Shown here: positions 22,717-37,150 of the stretch, in pieces
How positions within the stretch are numbered: the first letter of the stretch is position 1
Layout of the letters: every line of letters begins with the position of its first letter
Assembly (NCBI GenBank): GCA_951406725.2
Contig: OX597828.1
Location: forward strand, 55,366,001-55,430,000
Origin: Octopus vulgaris
Taxonomy: Eukaryota
Reading direction: 5' to 3'
DNA length: 64,000 nt
Position numbers and translations under genes: made by a program
Notes under the pieces: model-generated
The model's input: only the letters and a program-made list of their open reading frames with translations
Databases searched by the model: none
Told to the model about the DNA's origin: nothing

Positions 22717-22795
22717 GAAGAAGAAGAAGAAGAAGAAGAAGAAGAAGAAGAAGAAGAAGAAGAAGAAGAAGAAGAAGAAGAAGAAGAAGAAGAAG
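22717..22795. repeat. (AAG)n microsatellite
   Basis: Direct reading. Confidence 0.95.
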
Positions 22796-23790
22796 ACCAT
22801 AGCTGAATATATACACATACGATGATGGCATCATCTCGTTAGATGACAGCCGTCACACATTTCACCTGATTCTTCTGATTTACTTTCATCCTTACATATG
22901 CACGGATATGCTGCACATGCCGCAATGCATCCATCGCCATAGCAATTTATGAAATACAAAATGGATCAAGAAATGAATTGACAGTGAGACATCCGTACAT
23001 CGATAGATTTAAGTGACAAAAGCTTGTACAAAACATTGGTCTTTCTCTCGGCCGCCAAAGTAGGTTCCTATGGTAAGCATTAGAAAATTACTAGAACTAT
23101 TTCGACTCCCAGATTTATGTTAGTGTGTCTTTCTCAGAAATAATGGGAGCCTCGTCTACCTCTGGAAAATCTAGTAATAGTTAATCCACACACACACACA
23201 CACACACACAAAATTAATATAAACAGTAGTTTACTGTTTTACCAAAGAAGAGAATTATAATTGTCGCTAAATGTGACTAGGGTGCTAGGAAACAACTACA
23301 TTGCGAGAAATAAGAGCTAAACCGCTCTAATTCTGTAGTTAACGCATGTGAATGAAAGCATATACATACACTGGCAGGGACCATAATTGTCCGAAAAATG
23401 CCAATCGAGAATTCTCAATATTAACGTCAGTTTCGGAAATTTCCGTTGCTTCATCAGCTAAGCCCTCTCGTTATTAATATTCATGTTTTCGTCATCAAAT
23501 TATTGAATGATTTAGCGATTCGCTAATGAGTATATATAAAATTAATATACACAGCAATAAGCAATAGTTTGCAATGTTTCACCATGGTGGCTGATAACTC
23601 GTAGACAAGTTACGACTATCACTTATAAATTATCTCAGCTTCGATGTTAAAGACTATGGGTGTCAGCAATGCCTGCGTGAAATTCAATGCCACTAATAGC
23701 GTGCATAACACCGTCCATAAAGCCAAGTATTCCCAAAACAAGCAAGTGTAAAGTCTCCGACGTTGCTATGAGGTATTTCTATTTCCTATA

Positions 23791-23986
23791 GGCGTAGGAG
23801 TGGCTGTGTGGTAAGTAGCTTGCTTACCAACCACATGGTTCCAGGTCAAGTCCCACTGCGTCGCACCTTGGGCAAGTGTCTTCTACTATAGCCTCGGGCC
23901 GACCAAAGCCTTGTGGGTGGATTTGGAACTGAACCCGGAACCATGTGGTTGGTTAGCAAGCTACTTACCACACAGTCACTCCTGCG

Positions 23987-24039
<53 letters not shown>

Positions 24040-24257
24040 GTGTGTATATATGTTTGTGTGTCTGTGTTTGTCCCTCCAACATCGATGCTGGTGTGTTTAC
24101 GTCCCCGTCACTTAGCGGATCGGCAAAAGACACCGATAGAATAAGTACTAGGCTTACGAAGAATTAGTCCTGGGATCGATTTGCTCGACTAAAGGCGCTG
24201 CTCTAGCATGACCACAGTCAAATGACTGAAACAAGTAAAAGAGTAAAGAGTAAAAGA
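23791..24257 (+). mobile_element. tRNA/CORE-like SINE family B containing an inverted copy of its own head
   Basis: Head ggcgtaggagtggctgtgtggtaag, CORE-like ccttgggcaagtgtctt, inverted head at 23925-23988, internal (TA)n, and 3' half ending gaaacaagtaaaagag. Confidence 0.85.
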
Positions 24258-24556
24258 GATGTCGAAACAAAGACGGGGGGGGGAGAGGTGCCTTTCACTC
24301 CCAACTCTTTGATGGCCTTTGACTCTATCGGGTTTATCCGTCATTTGTTTTGTTTTTCGTCCTACAGGGTGTACAAGAAAATCAGCCTCCCTATCAAGCA
24401 TGATTGACAGGGCTACCGGGTTAGTCATCTACGGCCCGACTATACGAGTGGTTGTGATAAGGAACATGTTACAATTAGCACTAAGAGCTGCTTGACACAC
24501 ACACACACACACATACACACACACACACACACACAGACAAACACACACACACACAT

Positions 24557-25146
<590 letters not shown>

Positions 25147-26030
25147 TGCATGTGTATATAGCTCTGTAGAGGCTGCAAATTACCTTGTATTATTTGTTGT
25201 TGCATCACTAAGTCGGTGAACTGGCAGAATCGTTAAAACGCCGGAGAAAATGCTTAGGTGCATTCAATCCGTCTTATCATCCAAGCGCTATATGTCCAGA
25301 GTTCAAATCTTGCCTCCTGCATCTCGGCCTTTGGTCGTTGAAGATCAATTAAAGTAGCAGTCGAAGGCTTTGGATATGTGGAATTGCTTGATAGTTTGCT
25401 TATTAGGATCTGAATGCCCAGACATGTTTGACGGACTTATCTGCTTCTACTTATAGCATTCTGTCTTGTGAAAATATGTAATACCCAAAAGAAGCCAACG
25501 GAAATCCCATTTTTACTATCGTACGAAAATTCCATTGCAAACGCTATGTGTCCGTTAAGGAAGTCATTAGAGGTAGTTCGTTGACCTGACGGTCGTATGA
25601 GGAAAGGAAGGACATAGGATATACTTCTCTGTACATGTGTGAGCGTATGTGTTTTAGAGCAAGTATTCTTTTCAATACGTCACAGTTAAATTAATCATTA
25701 TTCCGTGACATTTTCCCCGTCATATCTAGAATCAACGACCTGTTTCATTTGAAAGAAGATGAAAACGGTTTTGTCTGTTTGAACTTGAAAGGAAGCACCC
25801 ACACAATATTCGGAAAGAGAGATGGGCAGACAGCGAAAGAGAGAGAGAGAGAGAGAGAGGGGGGGAGGGGAGAATAAGAGAAAAAGAGAGAAAGAAAGAG
25901 AGAGAGAGAGAAAGAGAGACAGATAGAGGCAGAGGGACACAGAGAGAGCGAAATTAAGCTTAATAAAGAAAAGAAACTACGATATATCTCAATAATTATT
26001 ACAAAAATGCAATAAAAGTATCAATACATA

Positions 26031-26086
<56 letters not shown>

Positions 26087-27784
26087 TATATACATACACA
26101 AATACATATATATGATATGATATAATATAATATAATATAATATAATATAATATAAAGGATATCGTCGATTATATCGACTTCCTTGTTAATTTTAAATCGA
26201 TCTTGCTTGGTAATTTTACCGATTCGAGAAAAATGAAAATAAATTCAATCCTAGCGGAGTTTGTCATCAGAACGTAACAGCAGGCGCCTTAGTCGAACAG
26301 GAGTTATTTGGAACGATGTTCTATTGATTCGACTTCAAAGAAATTAATTCGCTCCCCGCCTCTCTCTTTCTCCCTTTCTCTTTACATTTACTAAAGGCAA
26401 TAATAGAAATAATTCTTACAAATTCTCTTTTAAAGAAGCTTTAGCAGTAGTCAAATTTATCCTATAATATGATCAAAACCTTTTGTCCAGAGACAGGAAA
26501 TACAGTGTCATCAAGTTAGCAATATCCATGATGATTTTAATATTATTGTTATATGCTATAAATACTATAAAAGTTACAAAAACCCAATGGCTATCATGAT
26601 TTGTTCGTTAGATATCAAAATACGAGGTAACTGGTTTCAAGTTTTGGCACAAGGCCAGCAAGTTCATGGAAGGGGCTAAGTCGATTACGTCGACTATAAT
26701 GCTCAACTTGATGTATTTGGGAAAGGCATAATTGCATTAGTTTTCCATTATTTTTCCAAAATTATGAATGCTTTTTTGCTAAACTTTAAAAAGAACATAT
26801 TTTCTCCAATACCTCCTTTCCAAAGATTTTTAAAATATATTTTCATTCAAGCACTTTGTGATACCTATAGGCAATCAGTTTTCTTTTAGCAAATTAGTTT
26901 TTGTGCTACATTGTTTTAAATTTAAAGATTTAGCATAACATTTATTCTCAACAAAGGCTGCTATATTCATGGGAAGAATTCAACTTTCAGTTTTATCATG
27001 CTACTACTTAATATTGTTAATGTACCGGTCAACATCTAAAAGAAAGGTGTGGGCAGAGAAGAGAGTTCAGTAAAACAATGCTTTGAGAAGGAAGGATTAG
27101 ACATAGTGGTCAGCGGATGGGGTTCACACAAAGATGCCAACAGATGGAAAGACAATTGAATCAGAGCTGTCTCAACCAGTTAGTTTTAAGGAGTTAACGC
27201 CATTTTCTTAATACATGGTAATAAGCATCTTAATATGTCATCGGTGAGTTGAAAGATTTGGTAGAATGCATCACGCAGACGTTGACTGGAGTAACTAAAT
27301 GTCCAACCTTGGTCTACGCTCGATTCAGGTCAAAGAGGTGTGCTTCAGAAAGATGTATTCAATGATTGACAACCACATCTATTCACCATTTTCATCGTGT
27401 AGTTATCCAAGAATGTCTGCAAGCGCTTCAGCCTAAGAGATGCCCGCTCATCATCCTCCACAACAGCCCGAGACAAACCTGGAGTGGATGTTGGTAGCAA
27501 ATAGCTTTGTTGACAAGCGAAATCTGTCCCTTTCACAAAAGGTGAAACGGCAGTCTGACCAGATTTTTAGAGGACCAAAATTTAACGGTCAGTTGGAAAT
27601 ACACTTCTGAAATTGTATAGGCTTTAGCCCATTCCACATCACCTTTCAAGAACAACTTCCTCTCAGCCAATTTCTAAATGAAGCTGACCACTCCATTCGC
27701 ACTCTTCTCTGCATTTTCTCCCACAGGAGGTCTAATATAAACCACTATCCGAGCATCTTAACTTGTTCTAGAGACAGGAGCCAC

Positions 27785-28110
27785 CGACTATGCATGAAGA
27801 GAGGAAATAGAGGAAGGGGACTGATAAATGTGGAAGATGCCTATTATAGTTCGGTCCTTGGTGACAGTATCATAAGGCATCAAGAGGAATATAAAGGAAA
27901 TTGGAATTGAGTGCCCAATAGAACTGTTACAAAAGGTTTGCTTCCTTGGCACGGCCAGAATAATCAGGAAAGTATTAGCTGAAGAGAACGAAAAGCATGG
28001 TACTGTAAGCTGCAGGTAGTAAGCCGGCTACGCATGCTAGGCTCCAGGAGCTCCAACAAAACTTGTAATAAAGAGAAAGTAAAAATAATAATAATGATAA
28101 TAATAATAAT
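27785..28110 (+). mobile_element. Dong/R4-like (restriction-like endonuclease) non-LTR 3' relic ending in (TAA)n
   Basis: RLCMKRGNRGRGLINVED joined to IKEIGIECPIELLQKVCFLGTARIIRKVL (typical R4/Dong C-terminus), then a short 3' UTR and a (TAA)n run. Confidence 0.7.
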
Positions 28111-28986
28111 GCAATACCAGGCAGTGGCTCTCATGGCTTCTGATCTTAACTGACTGGAAGCATTATCATGTACGTTGTTTTGTCTTGGTATAAAAGATAG
28201 GTTACAGAAAATATTCTGCTCAGTACCACAGATTTGCTTGTCAGTTGTTTGACCTTAACCAGTCGAGCATGTCCCTTAGTGGCTGACGATATGTGCATCT
28301 CTGATCAGGAGCAGAGTAGTGGGGGGACCATCATAATTATGTGCTGAGAGGAATTCTTTCGGGTTTGGATAATTGACTTCTGGAAAAATGAGCGTTTCGT
28401 TCAACATCCTTAAGAAACCCTTATTCAAGGACCCTTTGAGCGGGATGGGCTGCTCAAACTGCAGAAAATTCTAACTGGGCTCCACCTGCAAGATGTTTAA
28501 ATGACGATAGATAAAATTTGTGGCAGCGTAAATTTGAGGCCCAATAGCGAAGGAAAAAAAAAGAAACTATTTTAGAATTTTATTTACTGCTACGGAAACA
28601 CCTACATACACCGGCCCGACAAAAACTTCGATTTTTCTATTCAAACACAAAGTATTTATCGATCTTATACATTCTTATACTTCCAGTCACAAAGATCTAC
28701 CAAACTCGACACACGTATAAACACACGTAAGCAAACATTTCATTTTCTCTATCACGTGTTTCCTCCTCACGTGTTTCCTCCTCCTCCTCCTCCTCTCATT
28801 GTTTTATGGTCCGCTCTGTTTCTGTTTCCCTTCCACACTGTTTCATTTTTTCTTATTTAGCCTCCCCCCCACTCTCTACTCGCTTCTCTTTTTCCTTTTT
28901 TTCTTTATCTAAGCATCTCTCTCTCTCTCTCTCTCACACTATCTCACGCACTAATTCTATGTAATTTATCTTCTTTCTTTTTGTTC

Positions 28987-29024
<38 letters not shown>

Positions 29025-29271
29025 CATCTTCACGTTTAATTTTTTGCCGCTCTTTCCCGTTGTTTCTCAGTCTGTCCGTCTGTCTGTCTGTCTTTATTTC
29101 ACAAACCCACCTACACAAACGCACTCTCTCCAACTCAGTATTTAATTGTACTTTGTGTGTTCTTCTTCTTCCTTTCTTTTTTCAGAGCTAATTCAGTTTT
29201 CTCTTTTCCCCTAATCTAATGTTTTCTCGTGTCTCTTTTTCTTTTCTTTAGCTCTTCTATACTTTTCATTC

Positions 29272-29814
29272 AGTGTAGGTGTGTGCTAAGAAGTTTGCTT
29301 CCCAACAACATGGTTCTGGGTTCAGTTCCACTGCGTGGAAACTTGGGTGAGTGTCTGTTACTATAGCCTCGGGCCGGCCTAGGCGTTCCTTGTGAGCGAA
29401 TTTGGTTGACGGAAACAGAAAGAAACCTCTCGTGGCTGTGTGGATAGTCGCAGGAATGGATGTGTGGTAAGAAACTCGCTTCCCAGATTCTGGGTTCAGT
29501 CCCACTGCGTGGCACCTTGGGCAAGTGTCTTCTATTATAGCCTCGGTCCGACCAAAACTTTGTAAGTGGATTTGGTAGACAGAAACTGAAGATATATAGT
29601 CTTTTATTCTTGTTTCAGTCATATGACTGCGGCCATGCTGAAGCACCACCTTTAGTCGAGCAAATCGACTCCAGGACGTATTCTTTGTAAGCCTAGTACT
29701 TATTCTATCGGTCTCTTATGCCGAATCGCTTAGTTACGGGGACGTATACACACCAACATCGGTTGTCAAGCGATGATGGGGACAAACACAAACACACAAA
29801 TACATACATGCATG

Positions 29815-29884
<70 letters not shown>

Positions 29885-30035
29885 TACGAGGATCTCTTTC
29901 AGTTTTCGTCTACCAAATCCACTCACAAGGCTTTGGTCGACCCGAAGCTATAGCAGACGGTTTCCCAAGGTTCAGTCGGACTGAACCCAGAACCATGTGT
30001 TTAGGCAGCAAGCTTTTTACCACACTGCCACTCCT
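29272..30035. mobile_element. Cluster of family-B SINEs: two plus-strand heads (29272-29430, 29448-29592) and one complete minus-strand copy (29600-30035)
   Basis: Repeated tgtgtggtaag..gggttcagtcccactgcgtggcaccttgggcaag motifs and a reverse-complemented full body. Confidence 0.85.
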
Positions 30036-30752
30036 CACACACGCTCACACACATGTACGCATATTCACACACACCGAGACAGCAACCCTTCTCCCACACA
30101 TTATTCATCCATGTCGTGTGTCGCTCAGTTAATTCGGTTTAATTTATCTCAGTTTCTTTCTTCTACCAAGTTACCTCAATAACACCATTGTCAACATTTA
30201 TACAATTCTGTTGTCTTTGCAGTTTTTTTTTTATTTCTTTTTATCGAATTCCCTTTTCAAATTGCAAATAAAAAAAGTCAACGATTCATTCATTCATTCT
30301 TTTATTCATTCATTCATTCATTCTTTTATTCATTCATTCTTTTATTCATTCATTCTTTCATTCTTTCATTCATTCATTCTTTCATTCATTCATTCATTCT
30401 TTCCCATTTACCATTACAATTCAGAAGTACCGCTTACCATTCCTGTTATTTGTGCAGTTGTGTTGTTTATACAGGTGATATTCCTCTTGTTGATGTTATC
30501 GATGTTGTTGAAGCTGTTTACGTTGCATTTGATGTTGTTGTTGTTGTTGTTGTTGTGCTTGTATGCTGTTGACTTGTTGATGTTCTGGTTGTTGTCTCTC
30601 TTCTTAGATTGTTTAGCGCCTTTCATTTCAACAATTCTAACGGAAATTGCATCTGAACGAGTGTTTAATTAAGAGTTTTGTACCCCTGAAAGTGTTATAT
30701 TCCGGTACTCCCACACATGAGACATATCAGAACATACCAATCAGCGAATTGG

Positions 30753-30832
<80 letters not shown>

Positions 30833-30989
30833 AATCTTCCTTTCTATCTATCTATATATCTATCGATCCTACACTAGCCACTCCTTTTTCACTCCCTCCC
30901 TCCCTCACCCACTCACTCACTCCCTCCCTCCCTCACCCACTCACTCCCTCCCTCCCTCCCTCCCTCCCTCCCTCCCTCCCTCACTCACT

Positions 30990-31545
30990 CACTATGCTGT
31001 TACAATTTCCCACTCCGTGTCTTCCAATCACAACCCATGTCTCATGATCTTTACCAACTCTAGCATGAAAATCGCCCAATATGATAATCTTATCATCGTG
31101 TGGAATTTTGCGCATATTTTCTTTCGGCACATCATAAAAGGAGAGCTTTTCATTTTCACTTGCATTCATAGTTTGTGTATAAACACTAACAAGTGTTACA
31201 TACCGACCCTTTTTTTTAAAGGCAACCTCATCAATATCATCCTATCATTTACACTGTGTGGCATTTCCTCTAACTTAGCAACCAAGGAAGTCTTCAGAGC
31301 AAAAGCAACAACTCTTTCTTTTTTGCAATTTTCTTTTTCTACTTTCCCACTCCAATAAAATATGTAGCCACTGGACTTCTCAGTAAAGTTAGCTTGCCCA
31401 AGAATTCTAGTCTCTGATAATGCTACAATGTCCATTGCATACTTTTGCATCTCGCTACCAATAAGAGCGAACCCTCTCTCTGGATATCTTTTATTTGATT
31501 CTGAATCTATTAACATTCTTACATTCCAGGATCCAATATTCATGG
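30990..31545 (-). mobile_element. RTE-clade LINE 5' fragment (APE endonuclease), frameshifted
   Basis: MNIGSWNVR..PER..ALI..DIVALSETR..GYIFYWSG..NDRMILMRLPL and DKIIILGDFHARVGKD..IGRHGVGNCNS. Ends at a (CCCT)/(CACT) array. Confidence 0.88.
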
Positions 31546-32471
31546 AAACTTTTCTGTTGTTGCTGTAGTTAGTAGCAGGCTAATGACCGAGCCCAGGCTG
31601 CGATTCCCTGGGGCACCTGCCGGGCCAGACTTGTTCACCTCTGGATCCCAAGCTCTTTTTGCCATTTACATTTTCATAGTTTATGTCTCTCATAATTGTA
31701 TTTAAGCCTTTTTTCGGGCTACGACCAGCCCCATTCATTGAGCTCATGTAACTTCAGCAAAATTTGCTCAAGCAGTACCGGTGCCAGAAACGTCTTAAAA
31801 CGAGGAGAGAGCTTGCACTCACCCATTCCCTCTCTCTAAGTACCAAAAGCATAACCCATAAAGAGGAATAGATCCTCATCAATGGATGCTCTTTGAGACT
31901 GCTGGTTTAATTTCAGAGTATACTTTTCCTAGATAGCTTGTCATCCAAGACTAGAGAGCTGCTATTTGCCCATCGTAGGGTTTTTACATGCATTCACACC
32001 AACACAACACACATTAACAGCCACAAAGTTAGTAGTAATGAGTACACACCATCATACACACTATACAAGATAAAAAAATATAAATACATATATACATAGT
32101 ACAAATAAAAATATAAAAATATATACACATATACAATAAAATGCCATGTACATAATACACATAAAATAATTCATAAAAATTCATTAAAAAATATACACAC
32201 ACACACATAACACAAAATACACGCACACAATTTTACATACTTTATTGGATGGCCGTTGACTCTTCTGAGTTCTTCCGCCCTTTGACGGGTCTTGTTTTTT
32301 TATCCAGCAGGATTCCAACAGTCACCCTCCTCACAAAGTAAGCTTGGTGGTGTTGCCGATGTAGTCACCGACGACCCGACCATAAAACAGGTTGTACTGG
32401 GTTACATGTTACCTGCAGTACATATGAGCGACCTGACATTTATATACATACATACATGCATACACACAAAG

Positions 32472-32515
<44 letters not shown>

Positions 32516-32547
32516 ATTAGTAATTAATTAATTTTACCCTCAATTGT

Positions 32548-32577
<30 letters not shown>

Positions 32578-32582
<5 letters not shown>

Positions 32583-32880
32583 CGTGACCGACCAGGATAT
32601 CTGATGTTGCTACACATCGCTGGTCACAATGCGCTTCGCATTGTTTTAGCCTTCAAATGACGCCACCCCTCTGGCTAAGCGAGCAGGCCAACAGAAGAAA
32701 GAGTGAGAGAAAGTTGTGGCGAAAGAGGACAGCAGGAATCGCCATCTCTTCCTGTCGGACCTCGTGAGAGCTTTAGGTGTTTTCGCCCAATAAGCACTTA
32801 CAACGCCCAGTCTGGGAATCGAAACCGAGATCCTATGACCGCGAGTCCCTGCCCCAACCACTGGGCCACTGCGTCTCCAC
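32578..32880 (-). mobile_element. tRNA-derived SINE family C, complete
   Basis: Reverse-complemented head (gggaatcgaaacc..accgcgagtcc..aaccactgggcc), shared body and tail. Confidence 0.8.
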
Positions 32881-33179
32881 ATACACACACATATATATGT
32901 GTATATGCACACACATTTTCCCAGGTACTTTGCTGATACATATACATGGCTGTGGGTGTACGTGTGTGGCTGCGTTTAGGTATGTATTATGGAAATAGTG
33001 TAAAAGAAAAAGATATAATTGAGCACGAGCAAAGGCAGTCGAGCGGAACGTGTTTCAGATGACATCTGCTGCCTGTTAGACGTTTGTGTAATGTGTTTGA
33101 AATACTCAATTACAACAGGTGACATTCTAATTAGTAAGTTTTCAGCCTGGTTCAGGAAAGACATCAATCAATTTGAAAG

Positions 33180-33308
33180 AAGGCGTGACACTGTCGTAAG
33201 AAGTTTGCTTCCAAACCACAAGCTTCCGGTTCTAGTCCTACTATATAGGCTCAGACCGAGCAAAGGCTTGTGTGTGGATTTGGTAGACGGAAACTGAAAA
33301 AAGCCCGT
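33180..33308 (+). mobile_element. Degenerate 5' half of SINE family B
   Basis: gtaagaagtttgcttccaaaccac..ggatttggtagacggaaactgaaaaagcccgt. Confidence 0.7.
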
Positions 33309-33309
33309 G

Positions 33310-33357
<48 letters not shown>

Positions 33358-33359
<2 letters not shown>

Positions 33360-34529
33360 GGCACCGCGAGTGTCGCGTTGCTCTCAAGCAACTCTGCCGT
33401 CCCGGGTCGACCTTGAGTGACTTCAACACAACCAAAGCATTCTATAGGGGATTAGTGGAGGGGAGGTACGACGACGAGTTCGGGGCGAACCTGGACGTCG
33501 ACGAGGAGTACCTGACCCGCCTGTTCAGGACGACTTTCGGGCCAGGGCCCATGGACAACTTCCAGAGATCCCTGGCCTGGCAGTGCTACCGAGAAGCGCT
33601 ACCCGTTCGGGATAAGCTCTACAGACACGGCTCGAGAAACACGGGGCCGACCTGCCCGAGATGCGGTCAGAGCGACGAAACCGTTCTGCACGCACTCGTG
33701 CAGTGTCCAACAATTTCCGACCTGTGGGCTTATGTCGAACAACTGCTGTCACGTGTGGGACGAGTCGGTTTATCAGCTGAGTCTATCGTCAATATTGTCA
33801 CGCCTCCTTCCTTCAAACGGGAAGGAAGAGCTATTTTCATCATCCTTGTGGCTATGGCGAAAGAATGTATCTGGTGGACGCGTCTGAAAGGATTGGAGAC
33901 AAACACTTTCCTCTCTGGTCAATCTCTCATCAACTTCTTCAAGTACCACTTGAAAAGGAAAGTGAGAATAGAGAGGCAAGTTTTGTCTAGCGAATGTTTT
34001 AAAAAAAGATGGGTGAATGTAGCAAGGATGGCACGTATGAATGACGAAGCCACCTTGAGCATAATCCTATGAACCCAGAAATTGAAAACAGAGGGTTACC
34101 CACTTGCAAACAAATGTGGTAACATATAACAATATTGACCAAGGTTACCGTGGTCTTTTCCGTAGGCTTTTCTTCCCACGGATAAACCTTACTTGCTTTC
34201 CCCTTTACACCATATATCATAACACTGTGATACACGATCCCTATTGATCGTTTTTTTTCCTCTTCCCCCTTTTTTCCCCTTTCTTCTTCTTTTTTCATTT
34301 CTCTTTCCTTTTGTTCCTTTTCCTTTTCTTTTTTTTCTTTTTATTCCTTTTATTTTATTCAAATTTTTTTTTGTTCTTTTCTTCCCTTTTACGATCCCTC
34401 TTGATCGAAAACCTACGCCACCCCTTTTTTTTTTCTTTTGTTTTTTGTGCTCTTCATCCCCCAAAAGAAAAGCTCTACCTTGTAACTTGTCCCATCTGTG
34501 TGCAGCCCTGTGTGGCCAATAAAGAAACT
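33358..34529 (+). mobile_element. 5'-truncated Tx1 copy (related subfamily) within (TATC)n
   Basis: Begins ttggcaccgcgagtgtcgc (cf. ~12864), covers the ORF2 C-terminus and 3' UTR, and ends ccaataaagaaact|tatc. (ATCT)n lies upstream at 33310-33357. Confidence 0.92.
33413..34072 (+). pseudogene. C-terminal 219 aa of Tx1 ORF2 (open frame, no real start)
   Basis: TTKAFYRGLVEGR..CPRCGQSDETVLHALVQCP..NFFKYHLKR, collinear with the end of ORF2 at 10132-13581. Confidence 0.9.
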
Positions 34530-34663
34530 TATCTATTTATCTATCTATCTATCTAGATTCAGATGAATATGGTACTTAAGTTGAGGCCCAGAATTTAGTA
34601 CGATATTATCATACAATTTCAAAATAAGGTGATTAACATCAAAATAATTGTTATTTATTTTAA

Positions 34664-34768
<105 letters not shown>

Positions 34769-34802
34769 CTATATGTATGTACGTATGTATGTGTGTGTGT
34801 CG

Positions 34803-35685
34803 TGACGATGCAACATCGCTGGGGTTCTGTATTTTCTGCGAGACTTTCGTATCGTCTGCGTAGCTAGCAAGGTTAGCTATCCAGGCAGCCCAGAGCATAT
34901 TTGAGAGGGCCACTCTGAAAAGCAGTGGTCCCAAGACAGTACCCTGTGGAGCACCGCTCACTATTTGTATCGGCCACTACTGCCTGACTTCTGTCTTTCA
35001 AAAAGTCATGTAACAACTCTCCAAGTTTCCCAGCTATGCCGAGATCACGCAGTTTGTGGCATGTCATACCTTGATCCACTTTATCAAAGGTTTTTGGGTC
35101 AGGCAGCTCCTACCTGGTGGAAAGCAATGCTAGATACCACTCAGCAAGTCGTTTTCTTCTATGAATGAGAATAGTTTCCCTCTGACTATCTGTTCCATGA
35201 CTTTGCTGATGTGTGAAGTCAGAGAGATAGGCCTATAGCTTTTGGCATCTGCTCTGCTTCCTCCTTTATGGATTGGGCATAATATTTCCTCATTCAGTTT
35301 GCTTGGTAGCCTACCATTTGCAAGAAAGCTCTGGAAGAGAATCTGCAGTGGTTTCGCCAGGGCACGCTTACACAATTTAAGGAGGATTGCTGGGAAACCA
35401 TCAGGACCAGCAGTTGACTTTGCATCCACCTCATTTATGGCAAGTAGTAAATCTTCTTCACTAATGTCAATGTAATCCATCGTAACTCTGCCTCGCTGGT
35501 TATAGGTGAGGCGGCAAAGAAATCCACTGGTTCGTCCACTTGTCTGTGTTCCAATGGGTGGTAAATATACTTTTGAATTGGTCATTTAGTACCTCACTGA
35601 TTCTGGTTAGAATATCTGTGAAGGAGCCATCCTTTTGGAAGAGGGGTCCTATCTTGCAGCGTACTGAGGCTGTTTCTTTGGCATA
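34803..35685 (-). mobile_element. CR1-group LINE reverse-transcriptase fragment
   Basis: AGPDGFPAILLK, CPIHKGGSR..YRPISLTSHISKVME, GRSCLTQ, SGAPQGTVLGPLLF and YADDTK, with frameshifts and deletions. Confidence 0.88.
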
Positions 35686-36405
35686 ATGTGGTTCAATAGA
35701 TATGTTTCAGGTAAGTGGTTCAATGGATATGTTTCAGGTAAGCGATGTGTAAATGAGGACAGGCAGTTTGATAAAAAGAACAGAGCAATCAGGTGGTGGT
35801 GGTGGTGGAGGTGGTGGTAGTGGTAGAGATAATTCGCTAGATATTAAATATAGCTAGGTGCATACGAAAAGCAAACATTTCGTAATCCAACACTGGAATA
35901 GATTATGGTCTGTCTGGTGCTCTGCTAAAATATACTTTGTAACATGTGAACATGATATAGCCCCTGAAGGCTCTTAGGTCTTTAGAAGATAAACTTTTTC
36001 AAGCTAGCCAACGGAATATCTTTTTAATCCTTTGATATAATGTCTGGGTTAAGAAAGGGTATTCCAGTTGATATAGTTGTTGATGCCCGCTTCCTTAAGA
36101 CTACAGATTACTGCGTAGAGGTTTGTTGTGTGTCTATTCTCTGGAAGCCTTGTTAAGGAAGGAAGAGAGCTGCCGCATCTGGATTTAAATTTAATGAGTT
36201 TCTTTTGTGACTGTTTATACTCTCATCTAAATGTAAACATTGGGTTGGTAGATATTCATCACGGATGCATTTTCAAATGAACGAGAACAGCTATTTCTGC
36301 ATTCAATATCAAATCATTAGAAGTTATTTGGATACAGAGAGACCAATCGATAGATATATAGATATGTATGTATATATATACACAGGTATATATGTATATA
36401 TATAT

Positions 36406-36481
<76 letters not shown>

Positions 36482-36775
36482 CAAAAGATGGGTTGGAGTA
36501 TTATCAGATTATCAATAGAACCACACTTAAAACACGAATGATTACAACTATGGACATACATATGCAATTCACATTGCACATACGAAGACACTTATCAAGA
36601 CTGATCGATAACTTGATACTTGGACAGACGAAAATACAAAGCGCAAAACAAGGATGAAGCAAAAGGGAAAGAAAACAGAAAAAGAGAAAGACAGATACAG
36701 ATTGACACTCATCGACAACTGTATGCCAAAAATGGTACGTCTGAAACATTCATATATACATATATACATAATACT

Positions 36776-36852
<77 letters not shown>

Positions 36853-37064
36853 ATTTACATAAGCACACACACATCTATACATAAATGTGTGTGTGTGTGT
36901 GTGTGTGTATTTAAGGACGCATTCATTCATAAATAGTTCCGTCGATCAATCGATAGCTCAATAAATAGCAAGAAGAGAGCTTGTGCGAATGTGTGAGAAA
37001 ATAATTATTAATTGATCAGGATTTACACAAGATCACCGAATACACACACACATATGCGAGAGCG

Positions 37065-37095
<31 letters not shown>

Positions 37096-37098
37096 AAC

Positions 37099-37146
<48 letters not shown>

Positions 37147-37150
37147 TGGT

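Noticed and set aside
27090-27700. Non-repetitive, coding-like stretch (63-aa minus ORF)
   Set aside because: Stops in all frames and no motif I can recognise. Needs BLASTX.
28112-28492. Balanced-composition block that may be an interspersed repeat
   Set aside because: Single copy in this window and no recognisable protein motif, so its class cannot be supported.
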